A stretch of 32,000 nt of DNA, from the NCBI GenBank assembly GCA_963662715.1, contig OY759724.1, forward strand, positions 2,760,001 to 2,792,000. The letters are read 5' to 3'. Shown one piece after another: positions 8,798-17,758 of the stretch; position 1 is the first letter of the stretch; each line of letters opens with the position of its first letter. Source of the DNA: Candidatus Omnitrophota bacterium. Its GTDB lineage: Bacteria; Omnitrophota; Gorgyraeia; Zapsychrales; JANLHA01. Position numbers and translations under genes: made by a program. Below the pieces are notes generated by a model, which saw only the letters and a program-made list of their open reading frames with translations, searched no databases and was not told the DNA's origin.

Positions 8798-10006
8798 ATG
8801 ATACCTGTTCTCCAAGCTGAAAGCCTGATCCTCAATCAGGCCGTTCTTTTTTCTGCTGAGCCTTGTCCGTTGGAAAAGGCAGGGGGCCGGATATTGCGTG
8901 AAGATATTTTTGCCGACCGCGATTCTCCGGCCGAGAGCTGTTCAGCCATGGACGGGGTTGCTATCCCTATGTCTTCCTGGAAAAAAGGACAGCGGGAATT
9001 CCGGATCCTCGGCACTCAGCGCGCCGGGGTGCCCCGGGTTTCTCTTCCCGATGCCTCCTGCTGTTACGAAGTCATGACCGGAGCTTTAATCCCCCGGGGC
9101 TACGATTGCGTTGTCCCGGTTGAAGATATTGTTATCAGGGGGGGACGGGCCGTTGTCCCGGGGAAGCTATCTCTGAAAAAGCATCAGTACATCAGGAGTA
9201 AAGGCAAGAATTTCCATCAGCAGGACCTTTTGATCCCGCAGGGCACTGTTTTGGCTCCGCCTCAGGTTGCGCTCGCGGCTTCAGTCGGTAAGACCACTGT
9301 CTTAACGGCTGAACCCCCGGCCATTGCCTTTATCGGCACAGGGGATGAAGTCGTGTCCTGTGACCGGCCGGTTTTAGCCCATCAGGTCCGGTCGGCCAAT
9401 GTCCGGGCGGTGGGAGCTGCTCTCAGCCAACACGGTTTTACCAGAAACACATCTTTTCATCTTCCGGATAATTATGCTGTTATCCGGAGCCGGGTGAAAA
9501 AGATTCTGGCGGACCACGATGTCGTTATCTTCAGCGGCGGGGTGTCTATGGGGAAATATGATTACATCCCGAAAGTTTTACAGGAACTTGGAGTGAAAAC
9601 GGTCTTTCATAAAGTCTCTCAGCGGCCGGGCAAACCTTTATGGTTCGGCCTGACCGGGAAATCACAGCCGGTCTTCGGCCTGCCGGGAAACCCGGTTTCG
9701 ACTTTGATCTGTACATACAGATACGTCCTGCCTTTTTTATTGAGGTGCGCCGGGGCCGCTCATACTCAGGAAGATCTGACGCTGCTGGAAGATTCTTGTG
9801 AGAATGAATCGGAATTAACTTTCTTTTTCCCGGTTGATAAAAGTTCTGATCCAAAAATTCCTTTATATAAACGCATCATCCCTTATCGCGGTTCGGACGA
9901 TATCCTTTCTTTGACCCGGAGCGCGGGATTTGTCGAGATCCCGGCCAGGACAGCCATTGCCGCCGGGAAAGACCCGGTCCGTTTCTTCCCGTGGGCCTTA
10001 ATATAA
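8798..10006 (+). CDS. moeA: MoeA-family molybdopterin molybdenumtransferase
   Basis: 402 aa. It carries MoeA signatures: SAMDGVA near the N-terminus, FSGGVSMGKYDY, and GLPGNPVS. Confidence 0.8.
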   Translation: MIPVLQAESLILNQAVLFSAEPCPLEKAGGRILREDIFADRDSPAESCSAMDGVAIPMSSWKKGQREFRILGTQRAGVPRVSLPDASCCYEVMTGALIPRGYDCVVPVEDIVIRGGRAVVPGKLSLKKHQYIRSKGKNFHQQDLLIPQGTVLAPPQVALAASVGKTTVLTAEPPAIAFIGTGDEVVSCDRPVLAHQVRSANVRAVGAALSQHGFTRNTSFHLPDNYAVIRSRVKKILADHDVVIFSGGVSMGKYDYIPKVLQELGVKTVFHKVSQRPGKPLWFGLTGKSQPVFGLPGNPVSTLICTYRYVLPFLLRCAGAAHTQEDLTLLEDSCENESELTFFFPVDKSSDPKIPLYKRIIPYRGSDDILSLTRSAGFVEIPARTAIAAGKDPVRFFPWALI

Positions 10007-10016
10007 TTCTGACGCC

Positions 10017-10466
10017 ATGAATATGACCTTAATCATGAACGGATGTGTTGTCAGTCTGGGATGCCTTTCGGTTTTACTGCCGTTTTGGGGCTGTCTGCTG
10101 TTTAATCCCAGGCATACGGCGGATTTTTACCGCCGTTATTTATTCCTGTATAATATTCTGCTCGGCCTGACCCTGATCTGCAGCTTTTTTTCCGGCATGG
10201 ATGTTTATGCTAAAATGCTCGTTGTGTTTTGGAAAGTTTTTGCGGTGGTCATAAGCCGCATGAACTGGCATAAAAAGAAAATCGGCAGACCGGTATTTTT
10301 TCTTTTGTTTTTCTGCGGAGTTTTTTGTTATATGCTGATTTCTGCCGGTCTTCTGAAAGGGACGGGACTGGCCCGCGGATGGGTCTTTGCGGCGGGTCTG
10401 GGGTTGAGTGCTCTCATTCACCTGGGGCAAGCAAAGCGAGGGAATATATCCGTGGTCAGGGAATGA
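10017..10466 (+). CDS. hypothetical integral membrane protein (about 4 TM helices)
   Basis: 149-aa hydrophobic ORF starting 10 nt after moeA on the same strand. I recognise no family. Confidence 0.45.
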   Translation: MNMTLIMNGCVVSLGCLSVLLPFWGCLLFNPRHTADFYRRYLFLYNILLGLTLICSFFSGMDVYAKMLVVFWKVFAVVISRMNWHKKKIGRPVFFLLFFCGVFCYMLISAGLLKGTGLARGWVFAAGLGLSALIHLGQAKRGNISVVRE

Positions 10467-10539
10467 CCGGTTTGCGGCAGATTCTACGTAACCCTTTTTT
10501 AGCAAAAGAATTAAAGGATGAACGGATAAAAATTTTTTT

Positions 10540-10565
10540 TGTAACTTTTTTTGCCGGGACGCGTT
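10540..10565 (+). promoter_or_regulatory. ECF-type (autoregulatory) promoter candidate
   Basis: TGTAAC (10540-10545), 16 nt, then CGTT (10562-10565). This resembles the AAC-N16-CGT core of many ECF sigma promoters. It lies about 30 nt upstream of the sigma gene ATG at 10595. Confidence 0.35.
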
Positions 10566-10594
10566 AAAAAGACAGGAGAGAGACAGAAGAGGAT

Positions 10595-11176
10595 ATGACG
10601 CACGCTGACGAAGAACTGATTTTAGAGTTTCAAAACGGCAATGAATCGGCTTTTGAAGATTTGTTTCAAAAGTATAAAACGCCTATCTTTAACTTTGCGA
10701 TGCGCTTCCTGGGGACCCGGGCGGATGCGGAGGATGTTGTGGCAGAAGTTTTTTTGAAATTATACACACAAAAAAATGCCTACCGGCCCAAAGCCAAGTT
10801 TTCAACCTGGCTGTTCACCGTGGCCCGCAACACCAGTATCTCTAAAATCCGTTCCAGGAAGAGATTTGTGTCCATGTGGTTTGTCCGTGATGAGAAAGAC
10901 ACGTATGAAGAAATCGATGTCCAGGATACGGCCCCGCTTCCGCGGGAAGAGATCATGAACCGGGAAACGGCAGCCGCTGTGCAGCTCGCTGTCCAAAAAC
11001 TGCCTCCGGATCAGAAAGAGGCCCTGATCTTGCGGGAATATCACCGTTTTAAATATGACGACATCGCTCTGATTTTAGGGTGTTCTTTAGAGAATGTGAA
11101 AATACTTATATACAGGGCCCGGGCCCGTTTGCGTCGAGATTTACCATCACAATTGATGGAGGGGCAAGATGACTGA
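10595..11176 (+). CDS. ECF (sigma-70 group 4) RNA polymerase sigma factor
   Basis: 193 aa. Region 2 (FEDLFQKYKTPIFNFAMRFLG...AEDVVAEVFLKLY) and the region 4 helix-turn-helix (YDDIALILGCSLENVKILIYRARARLR) are both present. Confidence 0.9.
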   Translation: MTHADEELILEFQNGNESAFEDLFQKYKTPIFNFAMRFLGTRADAEDVVAEVFLKLYTQKNAYRPKAKFSTWLFTVARNTSISKIRSRKRFVSMWFVRDEKDTYEEIDVQDTAPLPREEIMNRETAAAVQLAVQKLPPDQKEALILREYHRFKYDDIALILGCSLENVKILIYRARARLRRDLPSQLMEGQDD

Positions 11177-13808
11177 ACATGAAAGAATCCAGATGCTGAT
11201 TTCAGCTTATGTTGATCAGGAATTGCCTGATGATGACCGGCAGACTGTTGAAAACCATTTGTCGGAATGCCAGGAGTGTCAGCGTTTTTACAAAGATGTC
11301 CGAAGAATTTCCTCTTCTCTTAAAAGCTGGACACCGGAAACTCTCTCTCCCGATTTAGAACAGAGAATCGCCAGCCAAGTTAAAGCTCGAAAGAGCCGGG
11401 AGGAGCAGACCATGCGTAAATATTTTAATATCCCGTACAGTGCCGTGAGCACGCTTGTGATTTGTATGCTTGTTTTAACCGTGTCATTACGTGTTTATAT
11501 GAAGAGGAATGTCCAGACGGCTTTTAAAGAGGCCGGGGATGCCGTGACAGAGGAGCATTTGGTGCAGGAAACGGAACGGCAGATCAGGAGAAAGGAAGAT
11601 GCTGCAGCCGTGCGTTCGTCTTCAGAAATCCCGGAGACGGTTGAACAGCAAAAATCTGTCCGTCTGGATGAAGCTGACAGTATTGAAATTGAGCCGTCCC
11701 GGCAGGAGACAGCCCCGCCGGTTGAAGCGTTTAAGTCGGCCCGTTTCGGTCAGAAAGGGGAACGCCGGGTGGCCATAGCCCCTTTGTTGGATAAAGAAGA
11801 AAAGGCCGGGCCGGATAAAAGTGTTGATCATAAAGATATGTCCCGGCTTTCCGGGTTAAATCATGAAATGACCAGTAAAGAGGTGACGGCAAGGGCCGGA
11901 GAACAAGGGGCCGTGTCTGCCGGTAAAACCACGGGATATGTCTCTCAGCCGGCTATTGATATTGTTCAGAGCCAGGTGTCTTCCGCTTCCGCCGTAAACG
12001 GCAGAGATCAGTCCCGGAGTGTGCTTTTTAAAGGACAGGCCGTTTCAAAGGCCGCGTTTACGGGCTCAGCGGCGGATGAAGGCGGCGTGGCCGGACAGGT
12101 GTATCTTGGCGAAAGCAAGAAAAAGATCCCGGCAGATAAACTGTATTTTGAAGCAGCCGACGGGAATTTTGCCGCTTCAGCCAGAGGAACAGCCCCGGCC
12201 GGAGCCGCTTTGTCGGTGATGGATGCCCGGCTGCGCGGTCCCGCTGTAACAGAAGAAGCCGAATACTGGGGGGATGCCTCATCCAGTGCCGTTATTTACC
12301 CGGACACGGGTGTCTCACCCATGAGGCCGGGTTTTATGATCGTTAAACCGGAAGAAGGCTGGGAAGAACCGTATGATCAGCCCTGGCAGGACCATAATGC
12401 CGAAGAATACGACCGTATTTATGAAAATGAATTCCTGGCGGCGATAGACAATCCGTTATCCACCTTCTCGATCGACGTTGACACGGCTTCTTATGCCAAT
12501 ATCCGCCGTTTTCTGAACGACGGACAGATGCCGCCGCAGGACGCCGTCCGGATAGAAGAGATGGTGAATTACTTTGTCTATGATTATCCTCAGCCGGATA
12601 AAGGGGAGCCGTTTTCGATCAATACCGAGACCGCCCCCTGTCCGTGGAACAGAGGGCATTTGTTGACCATGATCGGCCTGCAGGCCAAACAGTTATCCGC
12701 CGGTGAAATGCCGCCCAGCAATCTGGTTTTCCTGGTTGACGTGTCCGGGTCCATGAACCGGCCGAACAAACTTCCGCTGTTAAAGTCGGCCCTGCACATC
12801 ATGGTTGACCAACTGCGGGAGGAGGAGCGGATATCTATCGTGACCTACGCCGGGCAGGCAGGCCTGGTGCTGGAATCGACCCCGGGGTATGAAAAAGAAC
12901 GGATACGTCAGGCCATCGACCGTCTGCAGGCCGGCGGGTCTACGGCCGGGGAACAGGGCATACAGCTGGCGTACCGGATCGCCCAGCAGAATTTTATCCC
13001 CAGCGGGAATAACCGCGTTATCCTGGCGACGGACGGCGATTTTAACATCGGGATCAGCAGCGACGCGCAGCTCGTGCGGGTGATTGAAGAGAAGCGGGAC
13101 CAGGGGATCTTTCTGAGCGTTCTGGGATTCGGGAAAGGAAATTATAAAGACTCCAAAATGGAAAAGCTTGCGGATAAAGGCAACGGCAATTATTATTATA
13201 TCGATACTTTGAACGAAGCGCAGAAAGTTTTGGGCTCTGAACTGGGGTCGATGCTGTTTCCGGTGGCCAAGGACGTGAAAATCCAGATAGAGTTTAACCC
13301 GTCGCAGGTTAAAGCTTACCGCCTGATCGGGTATGAAAACAGGGCTTTGGCCAAGGAGGATTTTAATGATGATACGAAAGACGCCGGGGAACTGGGCGCC
13401 GGACACACGGTGACGGCTTTTTATGAAATTGTGCCCATTGATTCTGAAGAGGAACACCGGAAGATTGATCCTCTGAAATATATGCGCACGGTTGTGCAGC
13501 AGAGCGAGGATCTGATGACCGTTAAGTTAAGGTATAAAGACATTCAGGACAGCAAAAGCCAGCTGCTGACCCGGGCTGTTAAAGGGCGGGAGATCAAAGA
13601 GCCGTCAGCGGTTTCAGACAACTTCCGCTTCGGGACAGCTGTGGCGGAGTTCGGGTTGCTGCTCAGGCAATCCCCGCATAAAGGCGAGGCTTCTTATCTG
13701 AATGCCCTGCAACGGGCCAAGGGGTCTTTAGGGGAAGACCCGTGGGGATACCGCGCCGAGTTTATCCGTTTGGTTGAAAAAGCGGTGGTTTTGGATAAAG
13801 GCTATTGA
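11169..13808 (+). CDS. membrane anti-sigma factor (zf-HC2) fused to a YfbK-type vWA ectodomain
   Basis: 879 aa. The ATG overlaps the sigma gene stop (ATGACTGA).
- N-terminal zf-HC2 motif: H-x3-C-x2-C (HLSECQEC).
- One TM helix (VSTLVICMLVLTVSL).
- A low-complexity linker of about 300 aa.
- A YfbK-like N-domain (NPLSTFSIDVDTASYANIRRFL).
- A vWA MIDAS motif (DVSGSM...TDGD).
- A DUF3520-like C-terminus. Confidence 0.85.
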   Translation: MTEHERIQMLISAYVDQELPDDDRQTVENHLSECQECQRFYKDVRRISSSLKSWTPETLSPDLEQRIASQVKARKSREEQTMRKYFNIPYSAVSTLVICMLVLTVSLRVYMKRNVQTAFKEAGDAVTEEHLVQETERQIRRKEDAAAVRSSSEIPETVEQQKSVRLDEADSIEIEPSRQETAPPVEAFKSARFGQKGERRVAIAPLLDKEEKAGPDKSVDHKDMSRLSGLNHEMTSKEVTARAGEQGAVSAGKTTGYVSQPAIDIVQSQVSSASAVNGRDQSRSVLFKGQAVSKAAFTGSAADEGGVAGQVYLGESKKKIPADKLYFEAADGNFAASARGTAPAGAALSVMDARLRGPAVTEEAEYWGDASSSAVIYPDTGVSPMRPGFMIVKPEEGWEEPYDQPWQDHNAEEYDRIYENEFLAAIDNPLSTFSIDVDTASYANIRRFLNDGQMPPQDAVRIEEMVNYFVYDYPQPDKGEPFSINTETAPCPWNRGHLLTMIGLQAKQLSAGEMPPSNLVFLVDVSGSMNRPNKLPLLKSALHIMVDQLREEERISIVTYAGQAGLVLESTPGYEKERIRQAIDRLQAGGSTAGEQGIQLAYRIAQQNFIPSGNNRVILATDGDFNIGISSDAQLVRVIEEKRDQGIFLSVLGFGKGNYKDSKMEKLADKGNGNYYYIDTLNEAQKVLGSELGSMLFPVAKDVKIQIEFNPSQVKAYRLIGYENRALAKEDFNDDTKDAGELGAGHTVTAFYEIVPIDSEEEHRKIDPLKYMRTVVQQSEDLMTVKLRYKDIQDSKSQLLTRAVKGREIKEPSAVSDNFRFGTAVAEFGLLLRQSPHKGEASYLNALQRAKGSLGEDPWGYRAEFIRLVEKAVVLDKGY

Positions 13809-13866
13809 GCTGGAGCAGGACAGGATTTAGGCGGAAGGGGCATTAAGGTGTGCCTTGTCCGGGAAT

Positions 13867-13899
13867 AAAAAAACCATGTTTTCAAGGCATGGTTTTTTT
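13867..13899 (+). terminator. intrinsic terminator candidate after the anti-sigma gene
   Basis: AAAAAAACCATG (13867-13878) pairs with CATGGTTTTTTT (13888-13899). The stem is A/U-rich and its T-run is built in. An alternative stem is TGCCTTG (13848-13854) with CAAGGCA (13883-13889). Confidence 0.45.
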
Positions 13900-14108
13900 A
13901 TTTCTTGAGTAGCGGTTGATTCGGCTGCAGAGCTCGTTTATAATAACGAAATAAACCGGGAGTTTGTTAAGAAACAGTAAGAGCGTTTTGGCTGCCTGAA
14001 AATATATCGGTCGTGCACAGCGTCCTGCCATGTTTTTTGGGGGACGGCTGCGGTACGCGTTGTGTCAGATGTTTTTAAGGAGGCCAAGGCCTGAAAGGAC
14101 TGAACACG

Positions 14109-14501
14109 ATGCAAAATTATAAAAATAAAATTATTGTTTCCGTTCTTATCCTGTTATGCGCAGGCTGCGCCAGTGTCCCTGTTCAGGAACAGTATGATCT
14201 TGTTAAAAGGGATGACGGGATCAGTGAAAAGGAAGCTGTCATTATCGGGCAGTATGAACTTACGGAAGCCGCGCTTACCAATCGTTTCCATATTAAAAAA
14301 GGGATGATCCTGGACGACCGTCTGGTCGAGCCTTATCCGGATTACTGGTTTGTTTCCTTTTATCCCATTGCCTATGACGATCATTTCCGCCGGTTCCTGG
14401 TTGTGATTGACAAGAAAAACGGGAATGTCGTCCGTGCCGAAATGTACAGGCCCTTACGCGTGTTTGATTATGAATGGGTTTTTAACGGCAGCCAGCCGTA
14501 A
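14109..14501 (+). CDS. hypothetical lipoprotein
   Basis: 130 aa. It has a signal peptide with the lipobox-like sequence LLCAGC. I recognise no family. Confidence 0.6.
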   Translation: MQNYKNKIIVSVLILLCAGCASVPVQEQYDLVKRDDGISEKEAVIIGQYELTEAALTNRFHIKKGMILDDRLVEPYPDYWFVSFYPIAYDDHFRRFLVVIDKKNGNVVRAEMYRPLRVFDYEWVFNGSQP

Positions 14502-14544
14502 AAAAGGGAGGACCGGGTTATTTACTCGGTGCCTCCCTTTTTTG
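14501..14544. terminator. bidirectional intrinsic terminator between convergent genes
   Basis: GGGAGGACCG (14506-14515) pairs with CGGT-g-CCTCCC (14527-14537). An A-run lies upstream and a T-run downstream (14538-14543). It sits between the plus-strand lipoprotein gene and the minus-strand ferredoxin gene. Confidence 0.65.
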
Positions 14545-14562
14545 AGAGCTTTTTATTGATCC

Positions 14563-14841
14563 TTATTGATTCGCTAAAGGTTCTTTGTGCTCAGTGATCA
14601 CGGGAAGGTTCGGGGCTTTTTCGGCGTTGAGCTGAATAAAACTCTGCCATTTTTCCGGGACTTCTTCCGCCGGATGGATGGCCTGAACCGGACATTCCGG
14701 CACGCACGCGCCGCAGTCAATGCAAACTTCCGGATCAATGACGACCATTTCTTCGTCCTCCCGAAAACTTTCCACCGGGCAGACTGTGACACATTGAGTG
14801 TATTTGCATTTAATACACGGTTCGCAAACAACATGTGGCAT
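14563..14841 (-). CDS. fdxA: 7Fe-type ([3Fe-4S][4Fe-4S]) ferredoxin, FdxA-like
   Basis: 92 aa. The sequence MPHVVCEPCIKCKYTQCVTVCPVESF...CIDCGACVPECPVQAI...FIQLNAEKA closely parallels Azotobacter-type ferredoxin I. AGGAGG lies upstream of the ATG on the minus strand. Confidence 0.88.
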   Translation of the reverse strand: MPHVVCEPCIKCKYTQCVTVCPVESFREDEEMVVIDPEVCIDCGACVPECPVQAIHPAEEVPEKWQSFIQLNAEKAPNLPVITEHKEPLANQ

Positions 14842-14883
14842 GGGATTACCTCCTGATAAGTAAAAAATAATTAACTTTGCCTA

Positions 14884-14912
14884 AATTTAACAGATTGTCT
14901 TCCGGCTGTCAA
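14884..14912 (-). promoter_or_regulatory. sigma70-type promoter candidate for the ferredoxin gene
   Basis: The minus strand reads TTGACA (complement of 14907-14912), a 17-nt spacer, then TAAATT (complement of 14884-14889). It lies about 40 nt upstream of the fdxA ATG. Confidence 0.4.
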
Positions 14913-14949
14913 ATAAAATTCCCCTTAGATGAGAATGCCTCCGGAGGCT

Positions 14950-16398
14950 TTAAGCCCGTCGGAGCCTGGCGGATATCTTGGAAAGAAAATAATTTATAAA
15001 AGCTCCGAACCCGTAAACCTTCCGCCGTAAATCCCCCGGGCTTCTGATCGAAATCAGCATGCGCCAAATCTGTTCGGGCCGCAGATAAAATTCTTTGAGC
15101 CCTTTGTCAATGAAAGCGTCAATCTCTGTGCTGGACAGCTGCGGGTAGGACAGCAGGGTCCGCTGTTCCTTCTCCGCGGTCAGCCATTCGTTCCAGTCCC
15201 TGGCCAGAAGAAAACCGTTGCCCTTGGCCCATTGATACAGCGTTGTCCCCGGATAACAGGCCATGCCGGTGATTTGGGCCGTATCCAAAGGCAGTTCTTT
15301 GGCGAGATTGATGGTCTGCCGGGCGGAGGCCCGTGTCTCTCCGGGAGCCCCGATCATAAAACACCCGTGAATGATAAAACCCAGTTCATGGGCCTTATGC
15401 GCAAACGCCCGGGCCATTTCAACATTGACGCCGCCTTTGCGTACGGCCCGGAAGGCTTCATCATAACCGAATTCAAACCCGACCATGAGCATGCGGCAGC
15501 CGGCGGATTTCATTAAAGGAAGGACATCCAGCGGCGTGTTGATGCGCATATTGCAGGACCAGGAGATTTTTTTGTGTACGCCTCTGCGGATGATCTCCCG
15601 GCAGACGGCTTCGGCATGTTCGCGGCTGGCGGCAAACGTGTCGGTCTCAAACATGATTTCCCGGATCTGCGGATGCACGGACAAATCGTATTCCATTTCA
15701 TCAACGACTTTTTCGGCCGAGCGCATGCGCAGGCGGTAGCCGTACATCAACTGCGGGTCGCGGCAGAATGTGCAGGCATTATTGCACCCGCGTCCGCTCA
15801 GCAGAGTGAGGAAGGGGAATTTTTTCCCTCCGTCCGGATACCACTCCGGTTGGATCAACGGCCAGGCCGGGAAGGGGAGGTCATTGACATCCAGCGGCGG
15901 CCGATCGGGATTGTCGGCGATACGGTCTCCGTCCCGCCAGCTCAGCCCGGCAATGTCTTTTGCGGGATGACCGTCGGCCAGATCGCGCAGGGTGAAATCA
16001 TATTCGGCCCTTAAAATAAAGTCAACAGCGCCTCGGCTGATTTCAAATGTGTTGCGGACTTCTGCGGACACATGCTGTCCGACGAAAGCTATTTGCGCTC
16101 CGGTCTGTTTCTTGACGGCCCGGGCCTGTTCGATATCGTTATAAATGGACGGTGTCGTGGCGTGAATGACGACCAGGTCCGGCTGAAACGCCCGGATGAT
16201 GTCATACGACTGTTCGGGAGTGAAGTTGCGGGCCGCGGCTTCAATGAACCGCACGTCGTGGCCGGCGTCAATGAGAACCTGGGCGGCCGTGAGCAGGTAT
16301 TCGGGATGGCGCTGGACGCGGCCGCGCGACTTGGCTGCCCAGCGGGCTACGCGGACAAAATTATCCCCGAAGGAAGGATTGAAAATAGCCACTTTCAT
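14950..16398 (-). CDS. B12-binding-domain (class B) radical SAM protein
   Basis: The ORF-track frame is 14950-16458, but codon 16458-16456 is GTG. I prefer ATG 16398, which gives MKVAIFNPSFG..., the usual start of the N-terminal cobalamin-binding domain. The radical SAM motif CNNACTFC is present. The substrate is unknown. Confidence 0.8.
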   Translation of the reverse strand: MKVAIFNPSFGDNFVRVARWAAKSRGRVQRHPEYLLTAAQVLIDAGHDVRFIEAAARNFTPEQSYDIIRAFQPDLVVIHATTPSIYNDIEQARAVKKQTGAQIAFVGQHVSAEVRNTFEISRGAVDFILRAEYDFTLRDLADGHPAKDIAGLSWRDGDRIADNPDRPPLDVNDLPFPAWPLIQPEWYPDGGKKFPFLTLLSGRGCNNACTFCRDPQLMYGYRLRMRSAEKVVDEMEYDLSVHPQIREIMFETDTFAASREHAEAVCREIIRRGVHKKISWSCNMRINTPLDVLPLMKSAGCRMLMVGFEFGYDEAFRAVRKGGVNVEMARAFAHKAHELGFIIHGCFMIGAPGETRASARQTINLAKELPLDTAQITGMACYPGTTLYQWAKGNGFLLARDWNEWLTAEKEQRTLLSYPQLSSTEIDAFIDKGLKEFYLRPEQIWRMLISIRSPGDLRRKVYGFGAFINYFLSKISARLRRA

Positions 16399-16545
16399 TG
16401 CTTTTGTGATACTCCCTTGTTTGCAGGGGGGTGAACAAATATAAGATTGTTTGAACACGTTTTGACTACAGAAAGCTTAATTTCATTCATAGTATACTCT
16501 TTTTTTGAAAAAATAAAAGGGACAGGGCAAAATAAGAAATAAGAA

Positions 16546-16611
16546 GTAAGAAGGACCGGGTCCTCATTATGCTTAGAGCTGCAGGAAGTTGAGAGAGAAG
16601 TGTCCCCTGAT
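16546..16611 (+). repeat. 66-nt conserved non-coding element, copy A
   Basis: By my hand count, an ungapped alignment to 18900-18965 gives 53/66 identical positions. Shared blocks are GGACCGGGT-CTCATTAT and GAGAGAAGTGTCCC-TGAT. Copy A lies in the divergent intergenic region upstream of the OMP gene. Confidence 0.6.
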
Positions 16612-16651
16612 GCTGAATACTGCTATTCAGGCTTTCCCTATAATGTGTTTC

Positions 16652-16680
16652 TTGACAAAATAAAATGGGTCGGTTAAAAT
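16652..16680 (+). promoter_or_regulatory. sigma70-type promoter candidate directed toward the OMP/PD40 genes
   Basis: TTGACA (16652-16657), a 17-nt spacer, then TAAAAT (16675-16680). It lies about 345 nt upstream of ATG 17026. Confidence 0.4.
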
Positions 16681-17025
16681 AAAATATCTTTTTCCATCTT
16701 TCCCCGGGAAGCAAGCAGATTTTTGCTGCCCATTTACCCCACATTATTTTTGTTTTTCACATTAAACTTAATTTAAAAATTTTTAAGCCCGGACTTTTTG
16801 TCTTGTTGCGTAAATATTTTATTTATTAGTGGTTGGGCGATTCTGAAAAATATTTTTGTATCCAAGTTTAAGAAAAGTCAGTTTTTGGTCGAGTCTGGCA
16901 ATTGTGCGGATACAGACATTAGATTACAATGATATCAATTGACTGATGCTTGTTAAAATTTTTTGTTAAGAAAAACAGCTAAGGGGCTGGCTATATATTT
17001 TAAATATTAATCTGGAGGAGTGAGT

Positions 17026-17694
17026 ATGCTGAAAATGAATTGTAGAAATATTGGGTCTTTTAATCGATATGTTATTATTTCTTTTACCTTTATTCTAAAT
17101 TTATTATGTTTCCAGCTCCCGGTTCATTCTGCCGACGTTGAAAATCCCTGGCATCTCAGCATGTACGGCGGGGGTGTTTTTCCTACTGACGATACCATTG
17201 AAGAAACATTTACAATCGGCGGCCGTTTTACCTATGAACTGCTGGAAAATCTGGAAGTCGGGGTTGATCTTTCCTGGCAGCAGTATGAAGACAAGTATCT
17301 GGGGCTTACATTAGGTGATGTGAACCATATCCCGGTCTATGCCGTTGTGAAATACAATATTGTCTTTAATCCGGATAATACCAGGTTTGTTCCCTATTTG
17401 TTGGGCGGGATCGGCTTTTCATACTGGAATTATCATGAAGAATTGTCAACCATATCCGCAGATGATGATATCAGTTTTACCGGGAAAATCGGCGGGGGCG
17501 TTGACATGGCTCTGAACGAGCAGACATCTCTGTTCCTGGAGGGCGGTTTTTCGTGGGCAAAGTACGACCTGTCAGGTACAGTCCAGATGATAATCCCTGT
17601 TTCATCAACACCGATTGTTAGAACTGTTAGTGTCTCCAGTTCCACTGATCTCAATACGGCTTTTGCAAAAATCGGGATCAGGATCAATTTTTAA
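17026..17694 (+). CDS. outer-membrane beta-barrel protein (OmpA/OmpW-like small porin-family barrel)
   Basis: ORF-track position 17020 is a GTG. GGAGG (17014-17018) lies 7 nt before ATG 17026. The product has a signal peptide (...QLPVHSADV), alternating hydrophobic beta-strand patterning and the terminal sequence IGIRINF, with the C-terminal Phe typical of OMPs. Confidence 0.75.
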   Translation: MLKMNCRNIGSFNRYVIISFTFILNLLCFQLPVHSADVENPWHLSMYGGGVFPTDDTIEETFTIGGRFTYELLENLEVGVDLSWQQYEDKYLGLTLGDVNHIPVYAVVKYNIVFNPDNTRFVPYLLGGIGFSYWNYHEELSTISADDDISFTGKIGGGVDMALNEQTSLFLEGGFSWAKYDLSGTVQMIIPVSSTPIVRTVSVSSSTDLNTAFAKIGIRINF

Positions 17695-17758
17695 GGATTT
17701 TAAGGGACAGTCCACAACCTCTAATATTAAATTATTTTCAAATGGAAAGGAGCGAGCT

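Noticed and set aside
12780-13457. 225-aa minus-strand ORF
   Set aside because: It is entirely antisense to the well-supported vWA domain of the anti-sigma gene. The sequence is Arg/Pro/Phe-rich and low in complexity, typical of a shadow ORF.
16487-16744. 85-aa minus-strand ORF in the divergent intergenic region
   Set aside because: It covers repeat copy A, whose homologue (copy B) has stops in the corresponding frame. It also overlaps a strong plus-strand promoter candidate. It is most likely non-coding.
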